From Octopus sinensis (taxonomy: Eukaryota), in NCBI RefSeq assembly GCF_006345805.1, contig NC_043005.1, forward strand, positions 44,516,001 to 44,580,000: a DNA stretch of 64,000 nt, given 5' to 3'. Below the pieces are notes generated by a model. That model had not been told where the DNA came from. It did no database searches and saw only the letters and a list, made by a program, of their open reading frames with translations. Positions within the stretch are counted from its first letter, which is position 1. Every line of letters starts with the position of its first letter. A program made the translations under genes and the position numbers. Below, one piece after another: positions 62,451-64,000 of the stretch.

Positions 62451-62611
62451 TTCACTGTCATCAATTCGCCAATAGTTTTTAACTTGTTAATGGTGAGCTA
62501 CTACGGATATATTTTCTTGGTAAACTTTCCTCATGGTGAACCTTCTTCACAGTGAATTGATGGTGGTGAACTCTCCTGTGAGGAATTGATGGTGGCAAAC
62601 TCACCTCTTTT

Positions 62612-62816
62612 TACTCTTTTAATTGTTTCAGTCATTTGACTGTGGCCATGCTGGAGCACCGCCTTTAGTCAAGCAAATTGACCCCAGGACTTATTCTTTG
62701 TAAGCCTAGTACTTATTCTATCAGTTTCTTTTGCCGAACTGCTAAGTTATGGGTACGTAAACACACCAGCATTGGTTGTCAAGCAATGTTGGTGGGACAA
62801 ACACAGACACACACAT

Positions 62817-62873
<57 letters not shown>

Positions 62874-63040
62874 TACGATGGGCTTCTTCCAGTTCCCATC
62901 TACCAAATCCACTCACAAGGCTTTGGTCGGCCTGAGGCTATAGTAGAAGACACTTGCTGAAGGTGTCACACAGTGGGACTGAACCCAGAACCATGTGGTT
63001 TGTAGGCAAGCTACTTACCACACAGCCATTCCTACGCCTG
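62612..63040 (-). mobile_element. SINE family B, full length
   Basis: Complete reverse-complement architecture from the CTCTTTT tail to the CCACACAGCCATTCCT head. Confidence 0.92.
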
Positions 63041-63404
63041 TAATCAAACATTTTGCCTGGCATGCTAACAATTCTGCCAACTTACTGCATTACAGCCAGC
63101 CACCTTATGTTCCATCCCTACACATGTATGTTTGACATTTCTGCGTTGGGCTGTCAGGAATAAAAAAAATTGAAAATTACCCCAGTTATTTCACATATGC
63201 TGTACAACTTCTTCTTGAAGACTTTGTTAATCTGTGCTGTTATTGAGTAAGAGTAAGAGTGAACCCATGCTAAACAGACAATTACTATCACCCATGACTT
63301 CTTTTGAACAAGAGGGTTTGCAATTATTAAAATGGATCCATTATTAGACATCTAATTTATAAAAAAAGAAACAAAACTAAAATAAATGTTAGCTAAAAAA
63401 GTAT

Positions 63405-63720
63405 ATTTCATGTTGGCATGGGTTGGATGGTTTGACAAAAGCTGGCAAGCCAGAGGACTGAATTAAGGTTTATTGTCTATTTTGGCATGGTTTCTACAGC
63501 TGGATGCCCTTTCTAATGCCAACCACTTTACAGAGTTTATGGGGTATATTTTGCATAGCACCAACACCAATGAGGTCACCAAGCAACTTGCAAGACAAAC
63601 TCCCCTTAACTGGAGGGGAGTAGTACTGAGGGAAGTGGCTTTGTGCCAATTGATGGGAGACTAAAAAGTAATAGAGGGAAAGAGATAGGTGTCTTGCTGT
63701 AAAAGAGATACAAAAATATA
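63405..63720 (-). mobile_element. RTE-tail repeat, variant subfamily
   Basis: CATGGGTTGGATGGTTTGAC...GCTGGATGCCCTTTCTAATGCCAACCAC. Confidence 0.65.
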
Positions 63721-63807
63721 TACAGGTATATCTTCATCATTTTGATGTTGATCTTCCATGTTTGCATGGGTCAGACAACACATTTGTTGGGTAAAAGTAA
63801 TTCCCAT

Positions 63808-64000
63808 AATTTGACTGGGGCCATGCTGGAGCACCACTTTTAGTCAAAGAAATTGACCCCTTGACTTATCCTTTGTAAGCCTAGTACTTATTCTATCGGT
63901 CTTTCTGCTGAACTGCTACTTTACGGGGAAGTAAACACATCAACATCGGTTGTCAAACAACGAGTGTGGGGATAAACACACAGACACAAGGACACACACA
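63808..64000 (-). mobile_element. SINE family B 3' half (runs off the window)
   Basis: TTTGACTGGGGCCATGCTGGAGCACC...GCCTAGTACTTATTCTATCGGTC. Confidence 0.85.

Overview
AT-rich, microsatellite-rich eukaryotic DNA. The repeat repertoire suggests a coleoid cephalopod such as Octopus; this is an inference I could not check by database search. I cannot support any intact protein-coding gene. Almost all listed ORFs are microsatellite artefacts, antisense frames or transposon remnants. The window is a layered transposon graveyard. It holds three abundant tRNA-derived SINE families (my labels A, B, C), many 5'-truncated RTE LINE 3' ends with (GAT)n tails, and fragments of a CR1-group LINE, an R4/Dong-clade element and Penelope-like elements with degenerate hammerhead motifs. 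DNA transposon remnants include mariner (two), Tc1/mariner, Tigger, Mutator and Helitron RepHel, plus hAT-, piggyBac- and Mutator/foldback-type MITEs. Two CpG-rich domains (about 4.6-9.3 kb and 14.3-20.1 kb) contain candidate promoter and first-exon signals. The remainder is visibly CpG-depleted and may be methylated intron. The most interesting observations are a SINE/LINE shared tail, a variable array of double-hairpin units in an RTE 3'UTR, Penelope-linked hammerheads with a foldback, and inverted repeat pairs that would form dsRNA. I did not find a convincing wholly novel protein-coding system. Coordinates for degenerate repeats are approximate.
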